Positions 36,375-49,679 of a stretch of DNA of 64,000 nt are shown here, in pieces. The position numbers were made by a program, and so were the translations under genes. The stretch comes from Octopus sinensis. Lineage: Eukaryota. How positions within the stretch are numbered: the stretch's first letter is position 1; every line of letters begins with the position of its first letter. The notes below the pieces were generated by a model. That model did no database searches, was not told the DNA's origin, and worked only from the letters and a program-made list of their open reading frames with translations. The stretch lies in assembly GCF_006345805.1 (NCBI RefSeq), contig NC_043021.1, positions 20,646,001 to 20,710,000 on the forward strand, written 5' to 3'.

Positions 36375-36770
36375 CATCATCATCGTTTAACGTCCGCTTT
36401 CCATGCTGGCATGGGTTGGATGGTTCGACTGGGGTCTGGGAAGCCCGAAGGCTGCACCAGGCCCAGTCTGATCTGGCAGTGTTTCTACAGCTGGATGCCC
36501 TTCCTAACGCCAACCACTCCGTGAGTATAATGGGTGCTTTTTACGTGCCAGCAATACAGGAGCCAGACGAGGCCAAGGTCGGATGGTGCTTTTTACGTGC
36601 CACCGGCACGGAGGCTTGGCGAGGCTGGCAATGGCCACGATCGGATGGTGTTTGTTACGTGCCACCGGCACAGAGGCCAGTCGATGCAGTGCTGGCTACG
36701 GCCACGTTCGGATGGTTCTCTTGTGTGCCACTGGCACTGGTACCACAACTACAAATTCCATTGATGTTGA
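36375..36770 (-). mobile_element. RTE 3'-UTR copy inserted into an old CORE-type SINE
   Basis: Family 3'-UTR sequence flanked by an aaacaaat duplication. Confidence 0.8.
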
Positions 36771-37146
36771 AACAAATACATATACAAATAGATATATATG
36801 AGACAGGCTTCTTTCAGTTTCCATCTACCAAATCCATTCACAAGCCCCAGATTTATAGCAGAAGACACTTGCCCAAGGTACTGTGCAGTGGGACTGAACC
36901 CAAGACTGCACGGTTAGGAAATGAGCTTCTTAACAACACAAAGAAGGTTGATTCATTTGGTTTTATCGTTACCTTCTAATAAACACAACTGACCAGCTAA
37001 AAATAGCAGCCAGATCTCCCACAAATTACACTGCTATAGTCAAATATTCTTTGAACTGTAGACACAAGGCCTGAAACCGTGGGAGAGGGAGGGGCTAATC
37101 AATCACATTGATCTCAGGGTTTAACTGATACTTATTCTATTGATTC

Positions 37147-37541
37147 TGTAGTGATGCTATTTGGGAAGTTTTCAGCACGCATGCGCCGAGTTGGATTACT
37201 TCTGGTAGGCTGCCGGAAGTTCCCCCATGCGCAGAGAACTGCCAACAGGAAGTTTTCCCGCTAGATCGGTCTTTTTGTAGCTGCAGCCCTATCGAGCGGA
37301 CACGACTCAACCTTCTCTCAAGGGAAAACCCAACACGTAGAGAAGCCCCCTTCTACGCGGGAACGGAGACAGCATTTTGGCTCACACAAGTTAACTATTG
37401 TGAATAGTTTTATGGACTTGGCTAACGGTTTTGCCCTGAAGAAAATATACGTGTATATATTTTATTTGCGAATCCAGACAAAATAAAGTATTATTTATTG
37501 CTGTTGAAGATAGTCGAAGTTTTGGTTTTCCTTCCGACACA
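37147..37541 (+). mobile_element. Possible solo LTR
   Basis: TG...CA termini (TGTAGTG...GACACA), GC-rich 5' part, AATAAA near the 3' end. The TSD is imperfect (attc/attg). Confidence 0.4.
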
Positions 37542-37681
37542 ATTGAATGTAACAGGATAAGACCGACACCCCTCAAGTGTTCCTGTGGCCTTCATCCCTG
37601 TTAGAACGCTAGAAGGAAGAAAGGCAAAGATGGACCTAAGTGGAATGTTTGCTGTCATAAATATTAGGTATATGTCTATCC

Positions 37682-37878
37682 CAGTGGTTTTCAACCAGGG
37701 TTCCACGGAACCTTAGGGTTCCGCAAGAAGTTACAAAAATGCTAAAATCGACAGTAATTTTTAATTCTCCTGTGTAGATATGTGTGCATAAGACAATTAA
37801 ATTATTGCACAGGGGTTCCTCGAGCCTGTGAAATGTTTTCTTGGGGTTCCGCTCCAGCAAAAAGGTTGAAAAGCACTG
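37682..37878. mobile_element. hAT (Charlie-like) MITE
   Basis: TIRs CAGTGGTTTTCAACC / GGTTGAAAAGCACTG and a perfect 8-bp TSD GTCTATCC. Confidence 0.9.
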
Positions 37879-38844
37879 GTCTATCCAGTATAATGTAATT
37901 CCTGGATACCTTGAAAAAAATTAACTGGAATGCCATAGGTCTGCTCAAACAGGGTGGGCCTGGGGCAAAAGAACAATTAACATGTGTAGGTATGGTTGTG
38001 TGGAGAGAAGCTTGCTCCCCAACCAATTGGTTCAGGGTTCAGTCCTACTGGGTGTCTTCTACTATAGCCTTGGGCTGATCAAAGCCTTGTGAGTGGATTC
38101 AGTAGATGGTTACTGTTGTATGTGTAATTATATATGTGTGTCTGTGTTTGTATTTGTCCCCATCCAGACTGCTTGACAACCAGTACTGAGCAGTTCAGCA
38201 AAAGAAACCAATAAAATAAGTGCCTGGCTTTAAAAATTCAACTAAAAATTCTTCAAGGCGGTGCCCCAGCATGGCTGCATTCTAATTGATTGTAAAAGAT
38301 AAAAGTGAAAGGGTCTAAAACATAAAAGATGCCAATAAGGGACAACTATGTGGTTGCTCAACCTGCCAGAAACTGGCAGAAACGTTAGCACGAGTAAAAT
38401 GCTTAGCGGTATTTCGTCTACCGTTACATTCTGAGTTCAAATTCCACCAAGGTTGACTTTGCCTTTCATCCTTTCGGGGTCGATAAATTAAGTACCAGTT
38501 ATGCACTGGGGTCGATGTCATCGACTTAATCCCTTTTTCTGTCCTTGTTTGTTCCCTCTGTGTTTAGCCCCTTGTGAGCAGTAAAGAAATAGGTATTTCG
38601 TCTGCCGTTACGTTCTGAGTTCAAATTCCGCCGAGGTCGACTTTGCCTTTCATCCTTTCGGGGTCGATAAATTAAGTACCAGTTATGCACTGGGGTCGAT
38701 GTCATCGACTTAATCCCTTTGTCTATCCTTGTTTGTCCCCTTGTGGGCAATAAAGAAATAAGAAACAGCAGTCTCTTCTGTACAAGCAAAGCATTTTAGT
38801 TCTGGATATAAAAAATGCCTGATCAAAGTTAGAAACTCTGGGTT

Positions 38845-39999
38845 AATGGACGATAGAGTAGCGTTTATATCCATAGTGACCTCATTATTAAAGGTAGGGC
38901 ATACCTACACAAGTATACTCCACACGAATTTGTTTCCTCATAACTTTCAGAAAAATTGGTATTGCTTTTAGTGTACCAACCACATGGTTCCGGGTTCAGT
39001 CCCACTGCGTGGCACATTGGGCAAGTGTCTTCTACTATAGCCTCGGGCCGACCAAAGCCTTGTGAGTGGATTTGGTAGATGGAAACTGAAAGAAGCCCGT
39101 CGTATATATGTATATATATATATATATATGTGTGCTTGTATGTTTGTGTGTCTGTGTTTGTCCCCCTAGCATTGCTTGACAACCGATGCTGGTGTGTGTA
39201 TGTCCCCGTTACTTAGCGGTTCGGCAAAAGAGACCGATAGAATAAGTACTGGGCTTACAAAGAATAAGTCCCGGGGTCGAGTTGCTCGATTAAAGGCGGT
39301 GCTCCAGCATGGCCGCAATCAAAATGACTGAAAGAAGTAAAAAGAAAGAAATACTTATCAGGTGGAATAAATTACGATTACATCGGAATTTAATACGAAC
39401 AAGAAAAACAAATGGTGACCACGCACATCACCTATCTACAAAATGAAGTTTGAAATTTTGTAGATATAAATGGAATGTGTGTCACTTTCGTTGTTAGAGA
39501 GGGGAAGGCGGCGAGCTGGCCGAAAGGCTTACCTGACAAAGAAGGAAGATTTATATTCTCTTTTACTTGCTTCAGTCACCTGACTGCGGCCATGCTGGAG
39601 CATCACCTTTAGTCGAGCAAATCGACCCCAGGACTTATTCTTTGTAAGCCCAGTACTTATTCTATCAGTCTCTTTTGCCGAACCGCTAAGTGACGGGGAT
39701 GTAAACACACCAGCATCGGTTGTCAAGCAATGTTGAGGGCGACAAACACAGACACACACACACATATATATATATATACATATATACGACAGGCTTCTTT
39801 CAGTTTCCGTCTACCAAATCCACTCACAAGGCATTGGTCGGCCCGGGCTATAGCAGAAGACACTTGCCCAAGATGCCACGCAGTGGGACTGAACCCAGAA
39901 CCATGTGGTTGGTTAGCAAGCTACTTACCACACAGCCACTCCTGCACCTATAAATGTTAACTATTTTATTTTCTCATTCATAGAGAGGGAGAGCAAAAT
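38845..39999. mobile_element. Second copy of the 400-bp element, interrupted by two CORE-type SINEs (~38975-39350 +, ~39555-39948 -)
   Basis: Colinear with 33780-34179 on both sides of each SINE. Confidence 0.8.
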
Positions 40000-41583
40000 T
40001 TCACAATTTTTGGTAGACCTGGTATTTGTCAGTGAAACACTGGTTGCTGAGATTGGTGGAGGTCAACACCAAGACACATACATACATACGTTTCTTTATT
40101 ACCCACAAGGGGCTAAACACAGAGGGGACAAACAAGGACAGACAAATGGATTAAATCGATTATATCGACCCTAGTGCGTTACTGGTACTTAATTTATCGA
40201 CCCCGAAAGGATGAAAGGTAAAGTTGACCTTGGCGGAATTTGAACTCAGAACGTAACGGCAGATGAAATATGGCTACGCATTTTGCCAGGAGTGCTAACG
40301 GTTCTGCCAACTCGCCGCCTTAACATACATATATATGACGGGCTTCTCTCAGTTTCCCTTTACCAATTCCATTCAAAAGATTTTGCTCGGCTGGGGTTAT
40401 AGTAGAAGACACGGCGAAGGTAAAGAATACGCACACCCGGCAGTTAGGGTTAGGGTTTTTTCTTACGCTGGTGACGGGGGTTGTGCGTGTTCTATACCTC
40501 CGCCGAAGACACTTGTCCCGAACCGGGAACTATGTAGTTGGAAATTAAACATCTTACCATATATAACGCAAAAACAATCTACAGACTGCAAGAGTCAATA
40601 ACATAGAAACGCTCCGGCCCACAACTCGCGTGTCGCCAGATCAGAAGCACAGGCGTGCGCCTGTGAACTCCTCCCCCATCTCCCCTACTCTCCTGACCTT
40701 GCACCCTCTGATTTTCACCTCTTCCCAGCGAGGGGTTGTTTGGCTATGGACTACATTGAGCTTTCCATGTTGTGGTTTAGCCACTTTTTACACTAATGTT
40801 TTGTTTGTTTTTGTGCCCGGACCGGGTTTGACCTCAAGAGGGTCTTCCTCCACAAAAATACTTCCTTTTTCTTTTTAACTTGGAAAACATTTCTGATAAA
40901 AAAACAAAACAAAACAAAAAAACTTTCACTTTCAAAAAGATCTAAACAATTATTTAAATAGCAACCTGTAATAGAAATAATTAGATAAACGAAAATGAAA
41001 TTTGGGAAGGAAAAGCTACGCACTTGCTTAATTGTCAATGAGTCGATGTGAGAAGCATGCTGTACGGCCGGACGGTGTTTAATAAAATTGGTTCCTAATG
41101 AATAAAAGCTTTGTAATTGTAACGCCGGTGTGCAATTCCTTGTACCTACCCACCAAAATATGTTGGAATATTATCGCTATTATCCATTAAGAAAAACGGG
41201 ATTATCTGAAATATTATCATTGTAATCTAATGTGAATAGTTTTACGGTCGTTCGTTTTACCAAAAATAACAGCCAAATTACTTTCAACTACAATCAAAAG
41301 TTTGATTAATATTTTGTTTCACTCAAAGGTTTATACACCCTGCTGGGATCTTTTCGGTTTGAACGGCAGTTTTTAACATAATTTCTAGGTAACTAAAAGG
41401 TGATGTTACGGTACAAGTACCGGTGTACTTCTGGAAGTACCAGAGACGAGTGGCGTGTGCCAAAGACCTCGAGCAGTAGAGAACTGTCGTTCCTATAGAG
41501 ATTAGTGGGCTCCTAGAGCTGATGATTAATTTCCCGTGTAAGGAAAAACAAACTGTTTATATAAGTATAACGAAGACTAAATC

Positions 41584-42000
41584 GGGATCTTTTCGGTTTG
41601 AACGGCAGTTTTTTCTAGCGGTGTCATATGAAATTGTCACCGATAATTATGACCCTAGTATCGATCTATTGCATTTCAATCTGTTTTAGATTTAGGGTTA
41701 GGGTGGGGGTAAGGGTATCTTTTTTTCTTCACAAATGTAAATAAACCCAATCTGTTTCTTAAACGAGGGACATATTCATACGGCACAGAAGTTGTTTACC
41801 TAAATGGACGTCAGTGATTGGTTAAAATTGCCGAAATGCAAGAAATCAAAGACGAAATATCTTACAAACTGTAGAATTTTCTCAATAAAGCCAAGAGAAA
41901 ATGATGTTTTATAAACACATTCTACCATTATACGAAGTTAAAAATTTTTTAGTTACCTAGAAATTATGTTAAAAACTGCCGTTCAAACCGAAAAGATCCC
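41584..42000. mobile_element. Non-autonomous TIR element
   Basis: 29-bp perfect TIR GGGATCTTTTCGGTTTGAACGGCAGTTTT. An extra isolated terminus lies at ~41345-41398. Confidence 0.85.
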
Positions 42001-42138
42001 CCTACTGTGTCAACCGATATGCGCAGTGACCAAAAGAACAGGATAATCCTCTTTGGAATGCCTTTAATTATAGGTCCACGGGGTCAATGTTAATCTGGAT
42101 TTAAATAACAAAAATAATATCAGCATGCAAAACTATAT

Positions 42139-42310
42139 AGGCACAGGAGTGGCTGTGTGGTAAGTAGCTTGCTAACCAACCACATGGTCCCGGGTTCAGT
42201 CCCACTGCATGGCATCTTGGGCAAGTGTCTTCTGCTATAGCCCCGGGCCGACCAATGCCTTGTGAGTGGATTTGGTAGACGGAAACTGAAAGAAGCCTGT
42301 TGTATATATG

Positions 42311-42343
<33 letters not shown>

Positions 42344-42562
42344 CTATGTGTTTGTGTGTCTGTGTTTGTTCCCCTAGCATTGCTTGACAACCGATGCTGG
42401 TGTGTTTACATCCCCGTCACTTAGCGGTTCGGCAAAAGAGACCGATAGAATAAGTACTGGGCTTACAAAGAATAAGTCCCGGGGTCGATATGCTCGACTA
42501 AAGGCGGTGCTCCAGCATGGCTGCAGTCAAATGACTGAAACAAGTAAAAGAGTAAAAAGAGT
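42139..42562 (+). mobile_element. CORE-type SINE (OR2-like)
   Basis: Same family as 9186-9573. Confidence 0.85.
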
Positions 42563-43308
42563 AATATCAGAAGTATAGTTTTTACCAACTTTCAGATTAA
42601 CCCATAAAGCGCTGAGGTTTGCCGAGGGCACATTTTATGAAAATGAGACTACCAAGCACACATAAAAAAACAAAAGATAGTTAAAATATCTTCTCAGTGC
42701 TTAATGGCAGCAAGTTTTACAGAATCGGAAAAGTCATTAGTTGAACTAATAGTCCTCTTGCATTCTGGGTGAGGAGAGGGGTATCTGAGCGTTTGGGTGA
42801 CATTAGACGTCAACAAACGCCCATACATTAAATGCATCTATCTGGCCCACGATCGTGGCCTGTCGAACTGTGCCTCATGGCCACGATTGTGGCCCGTCGT
42901 GCTTTATGTGTTAAGATTTGTTGTTGGAAAACCCCCAAATTTTTCTTGGTATCTCTATTGTTAATTTTAGTTATCTAGATGGTTTTTGAAGACATTCGGG
43001 CTGGTCGGAGGAGATAGACCACTGACGAGTAAGATTTTTACTTTTTGGCTTCCCAACTCACTGAAATATCAGATAATGCTTGAAGGGTGCATAGCTTTTG
43101 CCTTGCCTTGCAATTTCCTGTGGTAATACCTTAAGAGTTTTCACTTTGAGTCTAAATATCTTTTTTAGAGGACAACGTTAGTTTTATGGCATGGTGTCTA
43201 ATTAAAACGCTGTGCATCTCTCTTTATTAAATACTGATTTCCATTATTTTTAGTCCCCTTTTTCTTGTTATTTTCTTACTGTTTACTTTTGTAAATCATG
43301 TTCTATAT

Positions 43309-43577
43309 CAGTGGTACCTAAACATTTTTCAGGCTACCACTCCCTTGATACCCAGGCCATATTCCTAGCGTCCTCATCCCGACTAACCATCACAAACATA
43401 GTCCCTTTTTCTGAAGCAAATTCAAAGCAACTGTATTTCACAAATAAAACTTAACCTAATGAACCCTTTATTTTGTTCCTTTTACATGAATTGCTATTCC
43501 ATCATCGCTCCACTTTTCTTCAACAGCCCTTTGGAACTTTCCACTGCCCTGAGAGGGGCCCATTTTGGGAACTGCTG
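43309..43577. mobile_element. hAT-type MITE
   Basis: CAG...CTG termini with imperfect TIRs and a perfect 8-bp TSD TTCTATAT. Confidence 0.8.
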
Positions 43578-44120
43578 TTCTATATCCCTGAAGTGACATT
43601 TGGTTTCAAATGTTGGCACAAGGCCTAATAACTTTAAGGGATAAGTCAATTCCATTGACCCCAGTACTCAGCTGGTACTATTTCATCGACCCCCAAAATT
43701 ATGAAAGGCAACTATACCTCAGTAGAATTTAGGCTCAGAAAATAAAATGCCACCAAGTATATTGTCCTGTGCACTAATGATTCTGTAAGCTTGGGAATCT
43801 TTTCCGTTACCGTCAGGTATCTATTTAAATAAATTTTCCTCAGGCGGCTTTCAAATTTGGTGTTCTTGTGTGCTAATTATGAACATGAAATTCATTCTCA
43901 CCATAAATTAATAAATAAAATGTTTTAAAACTTGCTAATTTTGGGTAATTTTAGCCAATCGAAAGTCACAGACACATTGGTGCCTATTTCCATAGTAACA
44001 AGACAAGCTGTAGTCTGCTTAAAATTACATTATGTGCATTTTCTTTTCTTTACCTGCCAATTTACTTTGACAAGTGCCAGTTTTCTGGACTGTTGTACCT
44101 CATTTTTGTCACTTTCACAT

Positions 44121-44312
44121 ACTCTTTACTCTTTACTTGTTTCAGTCATTTGACTGCGGCCATGCTGGAGCAACTCAACCCCGGGACTTATTCTTTTGTA
44201 AACCCAGTACTTATTCTATCAGTCTCTTTTGCCGAACCACTGAGTAACGGGGACATAAGCACACCAGCATTGGTTGTCAAGCAATGCTAGGGGGACAAAC
44301 ACAGACACACAA

Positions 44313-44352
<40 letters not shown>

Positions 44353-47300
44353 ATATATACGATGGGTTTCTTTCAGTTTCCGTCTACCAAATCCACTCAC
44401 AAGGCTTTGGTCGGCCTGAGGCTATAGTAGAAGACACTTGCCCAAGGTGCCACGCAGTGGGACTGAACCCCGGAACCATGTGGTTGGTAAACAAGCTACT
44501 ACCACACAGCCACTCTTGCACCTATGCTTTTTTTCTTTTTTGAGAAATGGATCTGTTCAGTTGCTCTCTTGTCACAGCTTCAAATTCATAATTTTCAACT
44601 TTTTTCCTTTAACCCTAAATCCTATCTCTATCCCTAAAGCCTAATTCTCACCCTAAACCCTCACTCTAACCCTAAACCTGAATTCTAACCTTATATCCTA
44701 ACCCTAAGTCCTAAAGTACACTATTTGTTTTGTAATATTTAGCCAAAAAATTTTGTGGAGGATTTTTCCTTTGTAAATTATTTATATGCTTGTCCAACTG
44801 TTTCACATTACTTTATTCATTAAAATATATTAAAACTTTAAAACTTCTTATAACTTTTATCATCACATTGTTTTTTGCTTCCATTTTGTGACAGACAGCT
44901 ATAATGCAGAAAATACCAGCTTCCAAAACATGTTTTCTGATTGGGTAAAGACTATCAAACTTTAAACCTTTTGTAACATTTTTCAAAAAATATTTTTTGG
45001 AACAAGTGAAAAACAAAGATTCATTGTGAAAAATTACATCAATATCCTAAAGTTGAAAAATTTTCACTAAATTAGGCGCAGGAGTGGCTGTGTGGTAAGT
45101 AGCTTGCTAACCAACCACATGGTTCTGGGTTCAGTCCCACTGCATGGCACCTTGGGCAAGTGTCTTCTACTATAGCCTCTGGCCAACTAAAGCCTTGTGA
45201 GTGGATTTGGTAGACGGAAACTGAAAGAAGCCCGTCGTATATATGTATATATATGTGTGTGCGTGTGTGTTTGTGTGTCTGTGTTTGTACCCCTAGCGTT
45301 GCTTGACAACAGATGCTGGTGTGTTTATGTCCCCGTTACTTAGCAGTTCGGCAAAAGAGACCGATAGAATAAGTACTGGGCTTACAAAAAAAATAAGTCC
45401 CGGGGTTGAGTTTCTCGATTAAAGGCGGTGCTCCAGCATGGCCGCAGTCAAATGACTGAAACAAGTAAAAGAGTAGAAGAGTAAAGAGAGAGTAAATTTT
45501 AAAATTTCGAAAACTGTGACAGCAACAGTAAAGATCCCAGCTCACTGCCTTAAATATTATAGTAAAATTCCTAGAGAAAATTAATGATTTTTCTGAAAAA
45601 GTGTCAGGGGATGGACAATATCAGTTGTTTTATTTGTTCGTTCTCGAGCCGTCCCTGGCTCATAAGGGCCAGTTTCCCAGTTTCATTGGCGTATAGGTTC
45701 CCCACCTGGATGGGACGCCAGTCCGTCGCAGGTGAGCTGCAAGATGCAGGAGGAAAGAGTGAGAGAAAGTTGTGGCGAAAGAGTCAGCAGAAGTTCGCCA
45801 TTACCTTCTGTCAGAGCCGCGTGGAGCTTAAGTGTTTTGCTCATAAGCACACACATCACCTGGTCTGAGACTCGAACCCACGATCCTTCAACCGCTAGTC
45901 CACTGCTTTAACCACTAGGCCATGTGCCTCCACTGACAATATCAGAAGAGAAGAATGGCAAACAAAATGCTTTGGAACATTTCGTTTGGATCTTCACATT
46001 CTGAGTTCAAAATATGGCCAAGGTAAACTTTATGTTTTGTCCTTCTGGATTCTATAAAACAAGAACCAGTTCAGTTAATCCCCTTATCCCCAAAAAGAAT
46101 GATTTTGTGTCTGTGTTAAAAATCATTATTTGTGTAGCATTATTGAATATTGAACTGCAGTCCTTTGCACCCTGAAGTTAAATTTGGCTGAGATCAGTTA
46201 TCATTCTGAAGGATGACAGATAAAGTTTCATAAAATTATAAACAGTTAAGTACTAGGGCCGATATACGTGACTATATCCTTCTGCCAAAATTTTTCTATG
46301 TTAGAAGTCAAGGACAATAGACTCGTCAGAGCGTTCGTCAAAATGTGTCAAAATTCTGAGGAGATGAATATTGCCTTTCATTCAAGAGTACCAGTTAAGT
46401 ACTGCAAACGGATATAATAGACTGTTCCCTTGTTTCAATTTCTGACCTTGAGCCCTTGAGCAGGCTGGCAGAATTGTTATCACATTGGACAAATTGTTTG
46501 GTGGCATTTCTAATGTATACTCTTTTACTTGATTCAGTCATTATAGTCTGCCTGCTTTCTCTTTCTCACCAAGCTGGTGTTTCTAGCCTTTTCTTTAACC
46601 ACTGTCCACATGGTTGATTGTCTCCTCAAGTTTTCTAGTAATTCTAGTACTCTTGTTTATCTCAAAGCTGTATCCACTACATTACTCCATATATGCATTG
46701 TTTCTTGTGTGTTTAGATCAATGAGGAAGTGTTTAAGTACACTATCACAGCAATTAGATAGGTACCACTTCAACACTGAGTCAGTGTGATCCCTTTCCTC
46801 TCAAAATCGCTGACCTCAAAATCGCCAATATTAGGAAGAATTATTTTAAACTCTTTCTCTTTACTCTTTTTTTACTCTTTTTACTTGTTTCAGTCATTTG
46901 ACTGCGGCCATGCTGGAGCACCGCCTTTAGTCGAGCAAATCGACCCCGGGACTTATTCTTTGTAAGCCCAGTACTTATTCTATCGGTCTCTTTTGCCGAA
47001 CCGCTAAGTTACGGGGATGTAAACACACCAGCATAGGTTGTCAAGCAATGCTAGGGGAACAAACACAGACACACAAACATATTCACACACACTTATATAT
47101 ATATACATATATACGACAGGCTTCTTTCAGTTTCCGTTTCTAATTTGGCTATGTGATGGATTGACAGAATTATCAGTAATTCTCAAAAAATACCTTGTGG
47201 TATTTAGTTATGACACCATGCTGAGTTCAAATGATTTTGCCCTGTTTAATTCTAGAAAAGTAATTATAAAAAAAAATACATGAGTGGCTGTGTGGTAAGA

Positions 47301-47445
47301 AGCTTGCTTACCAACCACATGGTTCCGGGTTCAGTCCCACTGCGTGGCATCTTGGGCAAGTGTCTTCTACTATAGCCTTGGGCCGACCAAAGCCTTGTGA
47401 GTGGATTTGGTAGGCGGAAACTGAAAGAAGCCCATCGTATATATG

Positions 47446-47478
<33 letters not shown>

Positions 47479-47690
47479 TTGTCTGTGTTTGTCCCCCCAA
47501 CATCACTTGACAACCGACACTGGTGTGTTTATGTCCCCATAACTTAGCGGTTCGGTAAAAGAGACCGATAGAATAAGTACTAAGCTTACAAAGAATAAGT
47601 TCTGGGGTCGAGTTACTCGACTAAAGGCAGTGCTCCAGCATGGCCACAGTCAAATGATTGAAACAAGTAAAAGAGAGTAAAAGAGAAAGA
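44121..47690. mobile_element. Cluster of CORE-type SINEs (44121-44524 -, 45074-45490 +, 46855-47135 -, 47281-47690 +)
   Basis: Each carries family head, CORE and/or tail segments. The span also includes unique sequence and a family C SINE. Confidence 0.8.
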
Positions 47691-49112
47691 GATTTCAATA
47701 TCAACCCCAACCCCCACAACCACTACCTGCCTCTCCCCTCTCTCTCTCTCTCCTAACATAACTGCCCCCCCCCCCTTGTGCATCCCTCTGTATCTATTTA
47801 TTCCCTTCAGCTAACTTTTTAACCACTTAATAAGTATTTCTTCCCTACCACACCACATGTCGTTGACACATCTCTCTCCCTCTTTTTTCTCTCGTTTCTT
47901 CGCCTCTGCCTTCGCTTCTCATCCCTACATGACCACTCGGCCCGAGGATATTAATATTAATATTACTTTCAACTCTTCTCTCTTTACTCCTCCCTCTTTC
48001 TCTCTCTCACAATCTTACACCACCTCTCACTCACTCCAGCTCCACCTTTCACTCACTCTCACTCACTTCACCTCACCCTCACTCCACTTCACCCTCACTC
48101 CACCTCCCACTCAATTCACCACCACCACCACCACCACCTCTGAACCTAGCTAATATGTAACAGGCAAACAAACAAGCAGATCATTATATACATATAACAT
48201 TATAAGTTACCTCGCCTGCAAATAATGTGTAGCATCATGGAAGTGAGAGAACCGGTTTTAGGTACATAACATATTATTTACAATTCACTTTTGTTCCTTT
48301 AGATAAAATCCTTTCTGTCTGTCTGTGTGTGTGTCTTCAGGATCTCGGGCATCCTCCATCTGATTGCGCTCAAATTTGATTTATAGATACTGACAGCATC
48401 AGGGAGTGTATAAGTCTTTAAAAAATTACAAAAATCGATTCCAGGTGAGAATGCGATCGATAAAGCCGTGGGAACGTGCACTGGTACGCACAAGTACATC
48501 AGCTGTTGCAATCGATACTATGCGTATGTGAGAAAAATGCACATGCAGTTTGCACAAAAAAAGCCGGCTGGCTTGAAATAATGCCACAAAATGCAGTATA
48601 TTTAAGAGACCAAAAAAGTAAGATGCAAAAGAGATATTTTCTTCAAACTTGACATGAAGGAAGGAAAAACTATTTGGTTTCTCAAGAAGTTTTTTTTTTT
48701 TTTTTGCCTTAACTTCGTTTAACAAAACTAAAAATTTTATTGAAATAAAGGCATGCTTAATTATTTTTTAATGAAAAGAAAACACTGATTGCTTTTTATT
48801 CAGTGGATACGATTCAGCCCGTCCATTGGACAGGGGGCAGAGGGCGTTTTGCTCGTGTAATCCTAATTACGTTTCCATTGTTATTACTCATGTTTTTCTT
48901 TCAAATAATTTCCTTCTTTTCATTCATAGTCCACTTCTTTAAATTTTCTCAATGCATTGCACAATTTTAGCTAGTTGCTGACCTACACTTTGTTTTTGGA
49001 ACTTGATCATTTTTAACAGCAAGAGGGCATCCCTTTACGCCAGTTGTTTCACTGAACTAGAAGAGTTTTCTAATATCTTATTTGTCAAATCATATCCATC
49101 CTGAATGAAAAT

Positions 49113-49650
49113 ACATCATCATCATCATTTAGTGTCCGCTTTCCATGCTAGCATGGGTTGGACGGTTCAACTGGGGTCTGGGAAGCCAGAAGGCTGCATC
49201 AGGCCCAGTCTGATCTGGCAGTGTTTCTACGGCTGGATGCCCTTCCTAACGCCAACCACTCCGAGAGTGTAGTGGGTGCTTTTTACGTGCCACCCACACG
49301 GGGGCCAGGCGAGGCTGGCAACGGCCATGATCGGAATGTGCTTTTTACGTGCCACCCGCACGGGGGCCAAGCGAGGCTGGCAACGGCCATGATCGGATGG
49401 TGCTTTTTACGTGCTACCGGCACGGGGGTCAGGCGAGGCTAGCAACGGCCACGAATGGATGGTGCTTTTTACGTGCCACCAGCACAGAGGCCAGTCAGGG
49501 CAGCGCTGGCAACAGCCACAATCAGATGGTTCGCTTACTTGTCACCGGCACTGGTATCACAGCTGCAATTTCCATTGATGTTGATCGACTTCGATTTTGG
49601 TTCTGCTTTCTGATATCTGATTTGATTTGATTTTGATTGATTTTGATTTG
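49113..49650 (-). mobile_element. RTE 3'-UTR copy with about five minisatellite units
   Basis: (CAT)n tail, terminal block, repeated GGTGCTTTTTACGTGCCAC and (GATTT)n. Confidence 0.85.
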
Positions 49651-49679
49651 GAAAATACGATAAAATAAATTCACAGGTA

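Noticed and set aside
41000-41340. Mildly CpG-rich stretch with a minus-strand GTAGGT donor as the gene's possible first exon or promoter
   Set aside because: There is no independent support; CAGE or RNA-seq would be needed.
43022-43045. CTGACGA-GTAA-GATTT-TTAC; also the minus-strand CTGATGA motifs at 13381-13387 and ~54445
   Set aside because: A hairpin follows the core but the required GAAA and stem III do not.
44605-44715. Telomere-like (CCCTAA)n tract; also TTAGGG runs at ~17605, 40445 and 41690
   Set aside because: The runs are short, degenerate and internal; at ~17605 and 41690 they are part of a TIR element. There is no sign of a chromosome end.
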